Position numbers and translations under genes: made by a program. DNA of 64,000 nucleotides from Prevotella sp. (GTDB taxonomy: Bacteria > Bacteroidota > Bacteroidia > Bacteroidales > Dysgonomonadaceae). The DNA is taken from positions 160,001-224,000 of the forward strand of contig JAITVV010000095.1 in NCBI GenBank assembly GCA_031285625.1, read 5' to 3'. The notes under the pieces were generated by a model. The model was not told the DNA's origin. It saw only the letters and a list, made by a program, of their open reading frames with translations, and did not search any database. This document shows, one piece after another, positions 19,957-29,221 of this stretch. Numbering within the stretch: position 1 is the stretch's first letter; each line of letters begins with the position of its first letter.

Positions 19957-20613
19957 ATGTATTTAAAACCATTTTATTACTTATTTCTCTTGTTTTCGAG
20001 CTTAAATATTTTTGCTCAGCATAAAGTAGATAAAATAGAAAGTATACCTTATGATCTGAAAGTATACAATTCTCCGATCGCATACAAAATAGGAAATAAC
20101 AGTATTGAAATTACATCGGATGGAAAAACGAATTTATTCAATAATCCAAATGGCTCAATACCTGTACAAAACGCATCTATGATTCTTTTTGAACCGGATG
20201 AGAATTTTACATTATCTGCTAAAGTTTCAGGTCAATTAAAAGAAGTCTATGATGTTGCGGCTTTAGTTATTTATCAGGATAAAAATACATGGGCAAAACT
20301 GTGTTATGAATATTCAGTAAAGAAAAAACCAACAATTGTATCCGTTGTGACAAGAACATATTCGGATGATTGTAATTCGGAAGAAACAGGTGAATATGCA
20401 TACTTATCAGTGGTAAAAAGAGGGAATGAATTCTCATTCTTCTATTCTACGAATGAGAAAGACTGGACTATGGTTCGCTGTTTTCATTTAGAGACTAAAA
20501 ATCCGGTAAAAGTTGGCTTTGCCTCTCATGGTTCACGGGGAAATGGCTCTACTGCGAAGTTTTCAGAAATAAAATACAGAGGAGAGGCATTATCGGATAT
20601 GAGAACCCTGTAA
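19957..20613 (+). CDS. DUF1349 (ConA-like beta-sandwich) exported protein
   Basis: Signal peptide; KTNLF, YDVAALVIY, WAKLCYE, IVSVVTRTYSDD, WTMVRCF. Confidence 0.75.
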   Translation: MYLKPFYYLFLLFSSLNIFAQHKVDKIESIPYDLKVYNSPIAYKIGNNSIEITSDGKTNLFNNPNGSIPVQNASMILFEPDENFTLSAKVSGQLKEVYDVAALVIYQDKNTWAKLCYEYSVKKKPTIVSVVTRTYSDDCNSEETGEYAYLSVVKRGNEFSFFYSTNEKDWTMVRCFHLETKNPVKVGFASHGSRGNGSTAKFSEIKYRGEALSDMRTL

Positions 20614-20651
20614 AAACAACTACTTCTTAATATAGTCCCTGTCCCTATTAT

Positions 20652-21569
20652 TTATTTTCCCTTTTCATGAAGTGCTTTAATCCAATGCACAGCTATGTTA
20701 ACCGGCTCTGTAGACTCCGAAAATGCCGTATTGTGTCCTAATGCCGGAAACAAACAGTACTCGTAAGGCTTTCCCTGAGCTTTAAAAGCATTGAGGGCTT
20801 CTATTGATAACCCTACCGGGATTTGTATATCCTTCTCTCCAAAAATCCATAGACCCGGAATAGAGAGCGTGCTAAGGGCATCGCAAGGATCAGTACTTAC
20901 AAACTGATCGCGATATTCCTTATAATACTCATCAAAACGGCCAGCCTTGCGTACACTTTCACGTGCCTCTGCTTCGGTATGGTTGTCCCAAAAATCAGTA
21001 TTCCCATCTGTAAAAAACTGGAACCGGATTTGTTCAAGTGTTGAAACTAAAGGTCCACTGAACAACACCATAAAATCGACAAGCGGGTTTTGGGTGGCAG
21101 CTATAGGAATTATCCATCCTGCCTGACTTATACCAACCAAGCCAATAGGTATATTTTTGTTACGCTGATAAAGTACATCTATGGCGGCGTTTGCATCTTT
21201 AGCCAATAGGGTGAGGTTATCCGGATCGACGTTGTTGGTATTCACTTCCGGACCGACATAAATACCGCCCGATTCGCCGACTCCACGTTTGTCATAAGTT
21301 AATACCGAAATGCCATTCTCAGCAAAAAGGGATGCAAGGTCTCTCATTCGGGGCGCCTGACCGGAACCATGTACCAGAACTATCGCTGCATACGAATGTT
21401 GGGGTATATAGATCGTTCCGGCCAGAGTGGCTCCCTCACTTTCAAATCTGATATCCTCAACAGCCACATCCGGCGATTGTGCTTTTGCCTGATGCAATGA
21501 TACAAAGAGTAACAGCGAAAAAAGGCATATCCTTAATCCACCAATGTTTTTAATGTAACTTTTATCCAT
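20652..21569 (-). CDS. Exported alpha/beta hydrolase (S9/AB-hydrolase-like esterase or peptidase)
   Basis: LVHGSG, YDKRGVGES, nucleophile GISQAG, GEKDIQIP, ALGH triad; start probably ATG 21569. Confidence 0.85.
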   Translation of the reverse strand: MDKSYIKNIGGLRICLFSLLLFVSLHQAKAQSPDVAVEDIRFESEGATLAGTIYIPQHSYAAIVLVHGSGQAPRMRDLASLFAENGISVLTYDKRGVGESGGIYVGPEVNTNNVDPDNLTLLAKDANAAIDVLYQRNKNIPIGLVGISQAGWIIPIAATQNPLVDFMVLFSGPLVSTLEQIRFQFFTDGNTDFWDNHTEAEARESVRKAGRFDEYYKEYRDQFVSTDPCDALSTLSIPGLWIFGEKDIQIPVGLSIEALNAFKAQGKPYEYCLFPALGHNTAFSESTEPVNIAVHWIKALHEKGK

Positions 21570-21698
21570 ATCTACGGGATTTAAATTGGTTTTACTTAAA
21601 ATAATAAGACACAACAAATTATAAAAAGGTTACATATTATTTAGATAAATTTACTTTAAGAATTCTATAAAGAGAAAATAAGGTTGTCTCGAAAGTAA

Positions 21699-21730
21699 AC
21701 CCTCTTTGCCATTCCAATAACAAAGAGGGT
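21699..21730 (-). terminator. Hairpin after the TonB-dependent receptor
   Basis: ACCCTCTTTG...CAAAGAGGGT 10-bp inverted repeat. Confidence 0.5.
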
Positions 21731-21746
21731 GCAATTTACTATCTAA

Positions 21747-24104
21747 TCAAAACTCTATTTTGTAGCTTATATTAGGCATTACCACTGCCGAGCGTGACAT
21801 TTCTACTTCTTTTTTGCGATAGTTGTAAATATGACCTTCATATTCTTTGTATCCGGTGGCATTTATCATTTTTATAGCAAACTCGTGTGCCAGATTCTTT
21901 TTATTCATCTTGTAGCTCACTGTGAAATTACTGATAAAGGCTGGGCTAAGTTGCTTTTCATAAGCCTTTGAAGTATCGTATACTGCATCTTGTTCAGCCT
22001 GTGAAGCAGCCTCATCAATCGGGGAATATCGGTCGCCACCCTGAAGTGAAAGACGAAGGTTTACACCTAGTATATTTTGCTTTTGCCTGCCCAGTTTCCA
22101 CTCTTTACCTCCCAATGCATTGAACAGGTAATTGCGGTTCAGACGTGTATTTCTCCATATGCCGTCACCTCCCGTATAGCGCGACTCGAATACAGATGCT
22201 GTAAACAAATAGTAATATCCATCTGCCAGATAACGCTCAAAGGTAACATCTACTCCATAATTCTTTCCTTTACCTTCGTTTACAAGTGCTGTATTTAGGT
22301 ACCAGTCCCGATGATTGATAATGGAGAATGAACTGTCTCTGGCTACGGGCACGTCATACAGGTATTGGAAATAAGGTTCTATTTTCAGGTGTGTATTTTC
22401 CGAGATTGCCCAGTCGTAAGAAAGTACCACATGGTGAGCTTTGGCAAAGTCGAGTTTTTTATTTACCAGTTCGTTGCCCGTTGCCGGGGTAGTTACAAAG
22501 TAATAGTCTAGCTTCTCGTGGCGGCTGTGTTGTCCGTATGCTAAAGCAAAGGAGTGTTTTGGTTGTGCCTGCCACTTTATACCAAAGCGGAATTCCGCAT
22601 TCCATTTTTTATTCAGATGAAAGTATTGTGCATTCAGTCCTACATTTGTCGTCAGCTCGTTATTCAGGCGTATGGTCGAATTGGTAAATGCTGAGGCAAA
22701 ATAAGTACTACCATCACTCTTTGCAAAATTTTCCATCGGCAGGAAGGCATTTGGATAAGACGGGCTAATATTGTAATCCATATCATATGCCAGACGTGTC
22801 ATCTTAATCCCTGTCCTGTTGGTATGCTTCGAACTGAACTTCTTGTTTAGATACGAACTTAGCGATACGTTCCAGTTCGTTCCCTCCATATCGTTTACTC
22901 GTGTAGGTACCATGTCTTTATCCAGTAAGTCTACGCTCAGGTCGTTTTTGTTATATGATACCGCCAATGCACTTTTCAGATAGGTACTGTTGTTAAAGAA
23001 ATATTTATGCCCGATTCCGCCCGCACCCATTGTCTGGTTAAATTTGGCAGAAGAATTGTCTTCTACGGTTTCCCACTTGCTAACGTCCTCCTCTTCGCTA
23101 TTCTTGAAGCGGTCTATTACACCTATGCCCCACACCGAAAATGTGCCTGCTCTTTTTGTCGGAAAATTCAATTTAAAAGATAAATCCTGATAGCGCATCC
23201 CCGATGCATTACCCAACAATCCCGGAAATAGATCGTCAGCCAATGCCATGGTCGCATAGCGGTAGTTGAACAAATAAGAAGCCTGCCCACCTTTTTTCAA
23301 TGGCCCTTCAGAACTGACGTCTATTCCCATTGTACCTATTTGTGCTGTATGCTCATAGTCCCATCTGTTGCCATTGCGTAGCTGCATATCGAAAACACCC
23401 GACAATGCATTGTCATACTCGGCAGGAAATGCACCGGTAAAGAAATCGGAATTCCCCAACACCTGCGAACTCAGCGCTGTAAGAATACCACCACCTACAC
23501 CTGTGATGTCGGAAAAATGTGTCGGATTGGGAATTTCCACACCCTCGAGCCTCCATTGTAGAAACTGAGGTGAATTTCCTCGTATAGCTATCCCATTGCT
23601 GGATACATTACCTGCTACCCCTGCAAAAGAGGTAACCAGTCGCGCCGGGTCGTCATATCCTCCGGCATAGCGGCTTGCTTCTTCTACGCTAAGCATACGG
23701 GCACTGGCAGTAGCTATATTATTCAGAGGTTCCTGTTTGTTCACCTTTGGTTCTATAACTATTTCCTGTAATGCATTCAGGTTTTCTTTGAGTTGTATGG
23801 TAATAAATACTTCTTTAGCTGACGAAATAAGGATCTCCCTGAACGTCATCGGCTCATACCCGATATAAGAAGCCTGAATATCATAACGTCCCACAGGAAG
23901 ATTGTCTATACTGAAGTTTCCTTCTTCATCGCTGATAACCCCTTTGGGTGGGTAAGAGTTTAGCACTGTGATTGTCACCGATGGCAATGTTTCGCCGGAG
24001 GCATTATCAACAACAATTCCCCTGAGGGCTTTTCCCGTCTGAGCAAATAAAGCTGAAGAAACAGCTACAAGTAAAATAAGGATAAATAACTTTCTAGATT
24101 TCAT
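21747..24104 (-). CDS. TonB-dependent outer-membrane receptor with N-terminal carboxypeptidase-regulatory-like domain (no SusD partner)
   Basis: Signal peptide, LRGIVVD...GETLPSVTI, plug DPARLVTSFAGV/IRGNSP/EGVEIPNPTH, C-terminal YKIEF. Confidence 0.88.
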   Translation of the reverse strand: MKSRKLFILILLVAVSSALFAQTGKALRGIVVDNASGETLPSVTITVLNSYPPKGVISDEEGNFSIDNLPVGRYDIQASYIGYEPMTFREILISSAKEVFITIQLKENLNALQEIVIEPKVNKQEPLNNIATASARMLSVEEASRYAGGYDDPARLVTSFAGVAGNVSSNGIAIRGNSPQFLQWRLEGVEIPNPTHFSDITGVGGGILTALSSQVLGNSDFFTGAFPAEYDNALSGVFDMQLRNGNRWDYEHTAQIGTMGIDVSSEGPLKKGGQASYLFNYRYATMALADDLFPGLLGNASGMRYQDLSFKLNFPTKRAGTFSVWGIGVIDRFKNSEEEDVSKWETVEDNSSAKFNQTMGAGGIGHKYFFNNSTYLKSALAVSYNKNDLSVDLLDKDMVPTRVNDMEGTNWNVSLSSYLNKKFSSKHTNRTGIKMTRLAYDMDYNISPSYPNAFLPMENFAKSDGSTYFASAFTNSTIRLNNELTTNVGLNAQYFHLNKKWNAEFRFGIKWQAQPKHSFALAYGQHSRHEKLDYYFVTTPATGNELVNKKLDFAKAHHVVLSYDWAISENTHLKIEPYFQYLYDVPVARDSSFSIINHRDWYLNTALVNEGKGKNYGVDVTFERYLADGYYYLFTASVFESRYTGGDGIWRNTRLNRNYLFNALGGKEWKLGRQKQNILGVNLRLSLQGGDRYSPIDEAASQAEQDAVYDTSKAYEKQLSPAFISNFTVSYKMNKKNLAHEFAIKMINATGYKEYEGHIYNYRKKEVEMSRSAVVMPNISYKIEF

Positions 24105-24163
24105 ATCAATTTTTATTATTATTATTTTTGATACAAAATTAGAGTTGTACCCGATTCACATCA

Positions 24164-24928
24164 ATGGTGAATAATCACCATTTTTATTGCAAAGACTATA
24201 CAGAACCAAGAATGGATAATAAAAATACGGATACCATGGAGGCAATATGGGAAAAACATCGTCCCTATGTCGAGCTCCTTTCACAAATGAATAACAGCTG
24301 CATATTTGTTGCCGAAAAAAACGAATCATACTTATATCTGTCTCCAAACTTTGGAGATTTCTTTGGTTATAAGGTAGAAGAACTGGAAGGCTCTCAAGAC
24401 AGTGATTTTCTGGAAAGACGGATTCACCCTGATGACCTGCAGATATTGGGCAGTGTGCAAATAAGGCTTCTCGATTATATATGCAGTTTACCCGAAGAAG
24501 AACAAAAGTCTTATAAGCATATCTTTGAATTCAGGGTGCTTGGTAAAAACAACAAGTATGTACGTATTATCAGTCAGCACCAGATAATAGATACCAGTCC
24601 CAAAGGGAATCCTATTCTGTTGGGAGTGGTGGACGTATCTCCCGACCAGACGCCGGATACGGGAATCCGGTTTACATTGATGAATTTCAAAACAGGGGAA
24701 ATAATTCCGTTTTCTATAAATGAGGAAACCGATAGTAACCTCACTAAAAGAGAGATGGAAATACTTAAATTAATCAATAACGGTATGTACAGTAAGGAGA
24801 TTTCTAATAAACTCTTTATCAGTATCCATACAGTAAACAGGCATCGCCAGAATATTCTGGAAAAGATGAATGTGAATAATGTGCAGGAAGCGATAAACTA
24901 CACGCGCAGGCTGGGACTTTTGGCCTGA
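24164..24928 (+). CDS. PAS-domain LuxR-family transcriptional regulator
   Basis: PAS RIHPDD...FRVLGKNNKYVRI; HTH LTKREMEILKLI...SKEISNKLFISIHTVNRHRQNILEK. The true start may be ATG 24212. Confidence 0.9.
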   Translation: MVNNHHFYCKDYTEPRMDNKNTDTMEAIWEKHRPYVELLSQMNNSCIFVAEKNESYLYLSPNFGDFFGYKVEELEGSQDSDFLERRIHPDDLQILGSVQIRLLDYICSLPEEEQKSYKHIFEFRVLGKNNKYVRIISQHQIIDTSPKGNPILLGVVDVSPDQTPDTGIRFTLMNFKTGEIIPFSINEETDSNLTKREMEILKLINNGMYSKEISNKLFISIHTVNRHRQNILEKMNVNNVQEAINYTRRLGLLA

Positions 24929-24930
24929 AT

Positions 24931-25731
24931 TTATCCGTTTACATGTTTTGATTTTTTCCTCAGTTTACTGTTCAGGAACTCCACAAGCAGAGAGAATCCG
25001 ATAGCGAAATAGATGTATCCTTTCGGTATTTCACCTACTTCATACCCGAATATATTGAGATGGGATAAGTGTGCAGCCTCTATTATCAGCATCAATCCGA
25101 TGAGGATAAGGAACGACAGGGCAAGCATTTGTATAGTAGGATGCCCGTTTACAAATTTGCTGATAGGCCCGGAGAAGAATAACATCATCAGAACGGCAAC
25201 AACTATAGCCAGTACCATGATAGCCATCGCTCCCTCATAACCGTATTCCTTAAAGCTAACCATACCCACAGCCGTAAGCACACTGTCAAAAGAGAAAACG
25301 ATATCCAATGCTACAATCTGTGCTATGATTGCCCAGAAGCTGTTATTCTTTGATTTCACAGCAACAGTCTCTTCCGGAATTTCCAGTTTTTCATGTACTT
25401 CGGTTACACTTTTGTACATCAGGAATAAACCACCCACAAGAATAATAATCGCCTGACCCGAAACGGAAGCATTTATCCATGAAGCATTGAATGAGAATAG
25501 TGGTTTTGTAAGCTGCATCAGGATAGATATACCAAACAGCAATGCTATGCGGGCTACCATCGCCAGTAGCAATCCAATCGTCCGCCCTTTTGCCTGTTGC
25601 TTTTTAGGTAGTTTAGAGGTCATGATCGATAAGAAAACGATATTGTCTATTCCCAATACCACTTCCAGAAATACAAGTGTGATGAGCGCAATCCACGCAC
25701 CGGGTAAAAGAAACGTGTCAACTATTTCCAT
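24931..25731 (-). CDS. TerC family membrane protein
   Basis: LEVVLGIDNIVF, QIVALDIVFSFDSVLTAVG, KGYIYFAIGFS. Confidence 0.92.
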   Translation of the reverse strand: MEIVDTFLLPGAWIALITLVFLEVVLGIDNIVFLSIMTSKLPKKQQAKGRTIGLLLAMVARIALLFGISILMQLTKPLFSFNASWINASVSGQAIIILVGGLFLMYKSVTEVHEKLEIPEETVAVKSKNNSFWAIIAQIVALDIVFSFDSVLTAVGMVSFKEYGYEGAMAIMVLAIVVAVLMMLFFSGPISKFVNGHPTIQMLALSFLILIGLMLIIEAAHLSHLNIFGYEVGEIPKGYIYFAIGFSLLVEFLNSKLRKKSKHVNG

Positions 25732-25882
25732 ATTAGTTTATCTATTTATGTAGATTAACATATTTAGCGGTTGTTTGGTTTTCTTAGAGACAAATTGATG
25801 TAGGGAGCTATTGGGCAAAGGACTAGTCGAAAAAAGCGAATCTGAACAAGGCATTTGGTTGTAGAAACCGTTGAAATTCCAT

Positions 25883-25910
25883 TGCGGCCTCTATGGAGGT
25901 AGAGGCCGCA
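25883..25910 (-). terminator. Strong hairpin at the distal end of the PUL
   Basis: TGCGGCCTCTA-TGGAGG-TAGAGGCCGCA perfect 11-bp stem. Confidence 0.65.
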
Positions 25911-25955
25911 TTTGCAGGAATTATATTGTAATTATTAACAGTAAGGAATAGATTA

Positions 25956-27761
25956 TTATTTGATGGTATTTATTACCTCCTGGTTTATTTTTCTTATACG
26001 TGGTTCATCTACTTTTATTTCCTTACGGTCGTAAGTTATCAGCCCGTTTACTTCACCTTCTACGTCTGTAGTCTGTGTATAAACTGCAGCAGAGAAACCA
26101 GCCTTAACCATTGTTTTTAGCATTTCGCCGTATTTCACGTATTCATCAGTTACTTCTTTCGCATTTTTGAACTGTACATATCCCCAGTTTTTGTCTGTTT
26201 GCCAAAGATGTCCCTGTAGCGGAAGACCGATACCACCGTATTCACCCAAAACTGTCGGACGTTCTGCATCGTACAGGTACATATCAGGGCCCGGATAGTT
26301 ATGTAAATCCAGCATATCGCCTGTGCGATAGAAGTTACCACCACTGGCCGGATTTACAAGACGTGAAGGATCATATGTTTTTGTCCAGTCTGATATCTCT
26401 TCTGTCTTAAACTGTCCCCATGCTTCATTGAAAGGAACCCATGTAACGATAGAAGGATAAGAGATCAGGTAATCCATTATTTCTTTCCATTCCTTGCGGT
26501 AGTTTGCTTCCGATTCGCCGCTGCGGATCAGTTCACTCCCTTTAAAGTAATTTCTGTTTTGCCATTGTGGTGAGCGGTCTCCGTTAGGCATGTCCTGCCA
26601 TACAAGGATACCAAGACGGTCGCAATGAGTATACCAGCGTGCAGGTTCTACCTTCACGTGTTTACGGATCATATTAAAGCCGAAATCTTTTGTTTTCTTG
26701 ATATCATATACCAAAGCTTCATCGGTAGGAGCAGTGTAAAGACCGTCAGGCCACCAACCCTGATCTAGCGGGCCGAACTGGAAGTAATCTTTGTCATTCA
26801 GCTGTAAACGCATAATACCATTTGCATCGCGCTTGGTAGAAACTTTACGCATTGCTGTATAGCTCTTTACATTATCTACGGCTTTATTACCTTCACTCAA
26901 AGTAACTTCAACATCATAAAGGAATGGACTTTCAGGTGACCAAAGCTTAGGATTGGCAATAGCCAGTTCTAAAGTCTGTCCTGCGACTGCTTTTCCTGTA
27001 GCTACAGTCTGACTGCCATCTTTTACCTTTACTTCAATAATATCTGATGATGAAGTATTTGCAGTACATATATCGAAAGAAACTTTGCGTGTATCGATAT
27101 TCGGAATTGCTTTTATAGCAGCTATGTGCTTGTTATTTACCGGTTCAAGCCATACTGTTTGCCAGATACCTGAAACAGGAGTATACCAGATACCTTCGGG
27201 ACGGGCATTTTGTTTTCCTACCGGCTGATAACCTTCTGTTGTAGGATCCCATACTTTTACTACCAGTTTTTGATCGGCCGAAGTGAGGAAAGGAGTAATA
27301 TCGAAACTGAACGGAGTAAATCCTCCTTTGTGAGTTCCTATTTTAATGTCGTTAAGGAATATTTCTGTTTTCCAGTCTACAGCACCAAAATGTAGAAGTA
27401 TGTTCTTTCCTTTCCAGTTGGATGGGACAGTAAATGTACGCTTATACCATAACTCATTTTTTGAACCCAGTTCTTTTTGTACACCCGAAAGGCTCGATTC
27501 TACAGCGAACGGAACAAGTATCTGTCCATCAAAGCGCTGAGGCTCTGCCTGACCAACTGGCAGGATGGCATATCCCCACAGTCCGTTGAGGTTAGCCCAG
27601 TCAGTACGCTCCATGATAGGGCGCGGATACTCGGGTAATACATTTTTTGTATCCATGGTTTCCGCCCATTTCGTTTTGATTTTGTTCCCCGCAGGTTTCC
27701 ATTGGGCAAAGGCATTTACACTCAGTAATGCACAAGTGAATAGCAATAGTTTAATCTTCAT
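25956..27761 (-). CDS. Glycoside hydrolase family 2 (galactofuranosidase-like subgroup)
   Basis: LHFGAVDW, SGIWQTVWLE, FGPLDQGWWPDGLYTAP, GFNMIRKHVKVEP, WVPFNE (acid/base), LGEYGG (nucleophile). Confidence 0.9.
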   Translation of the reverse strand: MKIKLLLFTCALLSVNAFAQWKPAGNKIKTKWAETMDTKNVLPEYPRPIMERTDWANLNGLWGYAILPVGQAEPQRFDGQILVPFAVESSLSGVQKELGSKNELWYKRTFTVPSNWKGKNILLHFGAVDWKTEIFLNDIKIGTHKGGFTPFSFDITPFLTSADQKLVVKVWDPTTEGYQPVGKQNARPEGIWYTPVSGIWQTVWLEPVNNKHIAAIKAIPNIDTRKVSFDICTANTSSSDIIEVKVKDGSQTVATGKAVAGQTLELAIANPKLWSPESPFLYDVEVTLSEGNKAVDNVKSYTAMRKVSTKRDANGIMRLQLNDKDYFQFGPLDQGWWPDGLYTAPTDEALVYDIKKTKDFGFNMIRKHVKVEPARWYTHCDRLGILVWQDMPNGDRSPQWQNRNYFKGSELIRSGESEANYRKEWKEIMDYLISYPSIVTWVPFNEAWGQFKTEEISDWTKTYDPSRLVNPASGGNFYRTGDMLDLHNYPGPDMYLYDAERPTVLGEYGGIGLPLQGHLWQTDKNWGYVQFKNAKEVTDEYVKYGEMLKTMVKAGFSAAVYTQTTDVEGEVNGLITYDRKEIKVDEPRIRKINQEVINTIK

Positions 27762-28043
27762 TGGTTTTATTTTAGGTTAATATGTTTATTAATTATTGGC
27801 TAAAAATGTTGATGGCTTATCTCTGTCTTTTACTTCCGTTCTGCGACCCGAATAGTAAATTTCCAATTAGTATTCTTTGTGTCCGGGATAAGTAAAGTAG
27901 AATATATAAGTATAGTTCCTCTATTACCCTTCTCATTTATCATCCCTGTATGAAACAATGTAAATCGTAAAAAAAATCTTACTTCATACAGGGCGACAAA
28001 CAACCAATCAATCAATATTTATCTCCTTACTTATTACAATCTA

Positions 28044-29060
28044 TCAAAATTGTGGTTTATCAGCTGACATAGAAGGTTTGCCACCTTCAACATAAGGCCA
28101 GCCTTCACCGTCCCATTTTACCTGATCGAGTAATAAGACTCTGCCTTGTGGATTATTCAAGTCTACACCATGGTAAAATATCCAATCGTTTCCGGCCTTA
28201 TCCTGTACAATTTCCGAACAGTGACCGTTACCAACAAAGCGTGTACTTTTACCTATAACTACAGTGTAGCCATTATCCATCATATCTTTTCCTTCTTTAT
28301 TTACATATGGGCCAAATAATGATTTGGAACGCCCAACAACAAGCTCATATGTGCTGTTGGCTCCTTCGCAACAAGTACCTATAGATGCAAACATATAATA
28401 GTAATCTCCTTTCTTGTGTATGTACACTCCTTCGAAAGCAGTACCTGCTACCTGTCGTTTTTCGGCTCCCTCCTTAACAGAAAGTCCGTCGTCATTTAGT
28501 TCGATGGCATAGAGCCCTCTGAAGCTACCCCAGAAAAGATATTTCTTGCCATTTTCTTCAATATAAAACTGATCGATAGAATTCTGTACATCTATCTCGT
28601 TGCTTCTGAATAATTTTCCTTTATCGGTGAAAGGCCCTTCGGGTTTGTCAGCTACTGCTACGCCGATGCCACATGTCCATTCGCCGCCCCATACCGACAT
28701 GGAGTAATAAAGAACATATTTACCGTTTATGTAATTGATATCGGGAGCCCATAATCCGCCTTTAGGTTCGAATGCAGGACGTGTAGCATCAGTAAATGCT
28801 GTGCCTACAAATGTCCAGTCAACAAGGTTATCGGATTTGTAAATCGGAGTGTTGCGTGTATCCTCTGTAGCATACAGATAAAAGTGTCCGTCCTGAGCTT
28901 TGATGATAGTTGGGTCGGGCAGGCTTAGTGCAACAACAGGGTTTTGATATTTATCGTTTTCGGTTTTCGGTTCATTCTCTTTATCAGAATTGCTGCAACC
29001 GCCACATCCTGTTATCATAAATAACTGGAGAACGATCAGGTATAGATATTTTATTTTCAT
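28044..29060 (-). CDS. Glycoside hydrolase family 43 lipoprotein
   Basis: LPDPTII, GGLWAPDI, NSIDQF, FEGVYI, GNGHCS five-bladed propeller motifs; Cys-containing signal (MITGCGGC). Confidence 0.92.
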   Translation of the reverse strand: MKIKYLYLIVLQLFMITGCGGCSNSDKENEPKTENDKYQNPVVALSLPDPTIIKAQDGHFYLYATEDTRNTPIYKSDNLVDWTFVGTAFTDATRPAFEPKGGLWAPDINYINGKYVLYYSMSVWGGEWTCGIGVAVADKPEGPFTDKGKLFRSNEIDVQNSIDQFYIEENGKKYLFWGSFRGLYAIELNDDGLSVKEGAEKRQVAGTAFEGVYIHKKGDYYYMFASIGTCCEGANSTYELVVGRSKSLFGPYVNKEGKDMMDNGYTVVIGKSTRFVGNGHCSEIVQDKAGNDWIFYHGVDLNNPQGRVLLLDQVKWDGEGWPYVEGGKPSMSADKPQF

Positions 29061-29101
29061 GATATTGCAGATTATTAGAATAATTAAGGTGTTCTGGTTT
29101 G

Positions 29102-29161
29102 CTAAGATAATATGTTAAAAACAAAACAGAAGTATACTTTTTCGCCAAATAAGTATAAAAT
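29102..29161 (-). promoter_or_regulatory. Internal PUL promoter (-7-like TATCTTAG) with a 21-bp-period direct repeat, candidate HTCS site
   Basis: AAGTATACTTTT (29130) and AAGTATAAAAT (29151), 28 bp from the -7-like box; the same geometry occurs upstream of susC. Confidence 0.6.
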
Positions 29162-29221
29162 CTGCCAAAACATTAGTTATGACAGATTTTTACTACTATC
29201 TGACTAATTTTTACAGTAATT

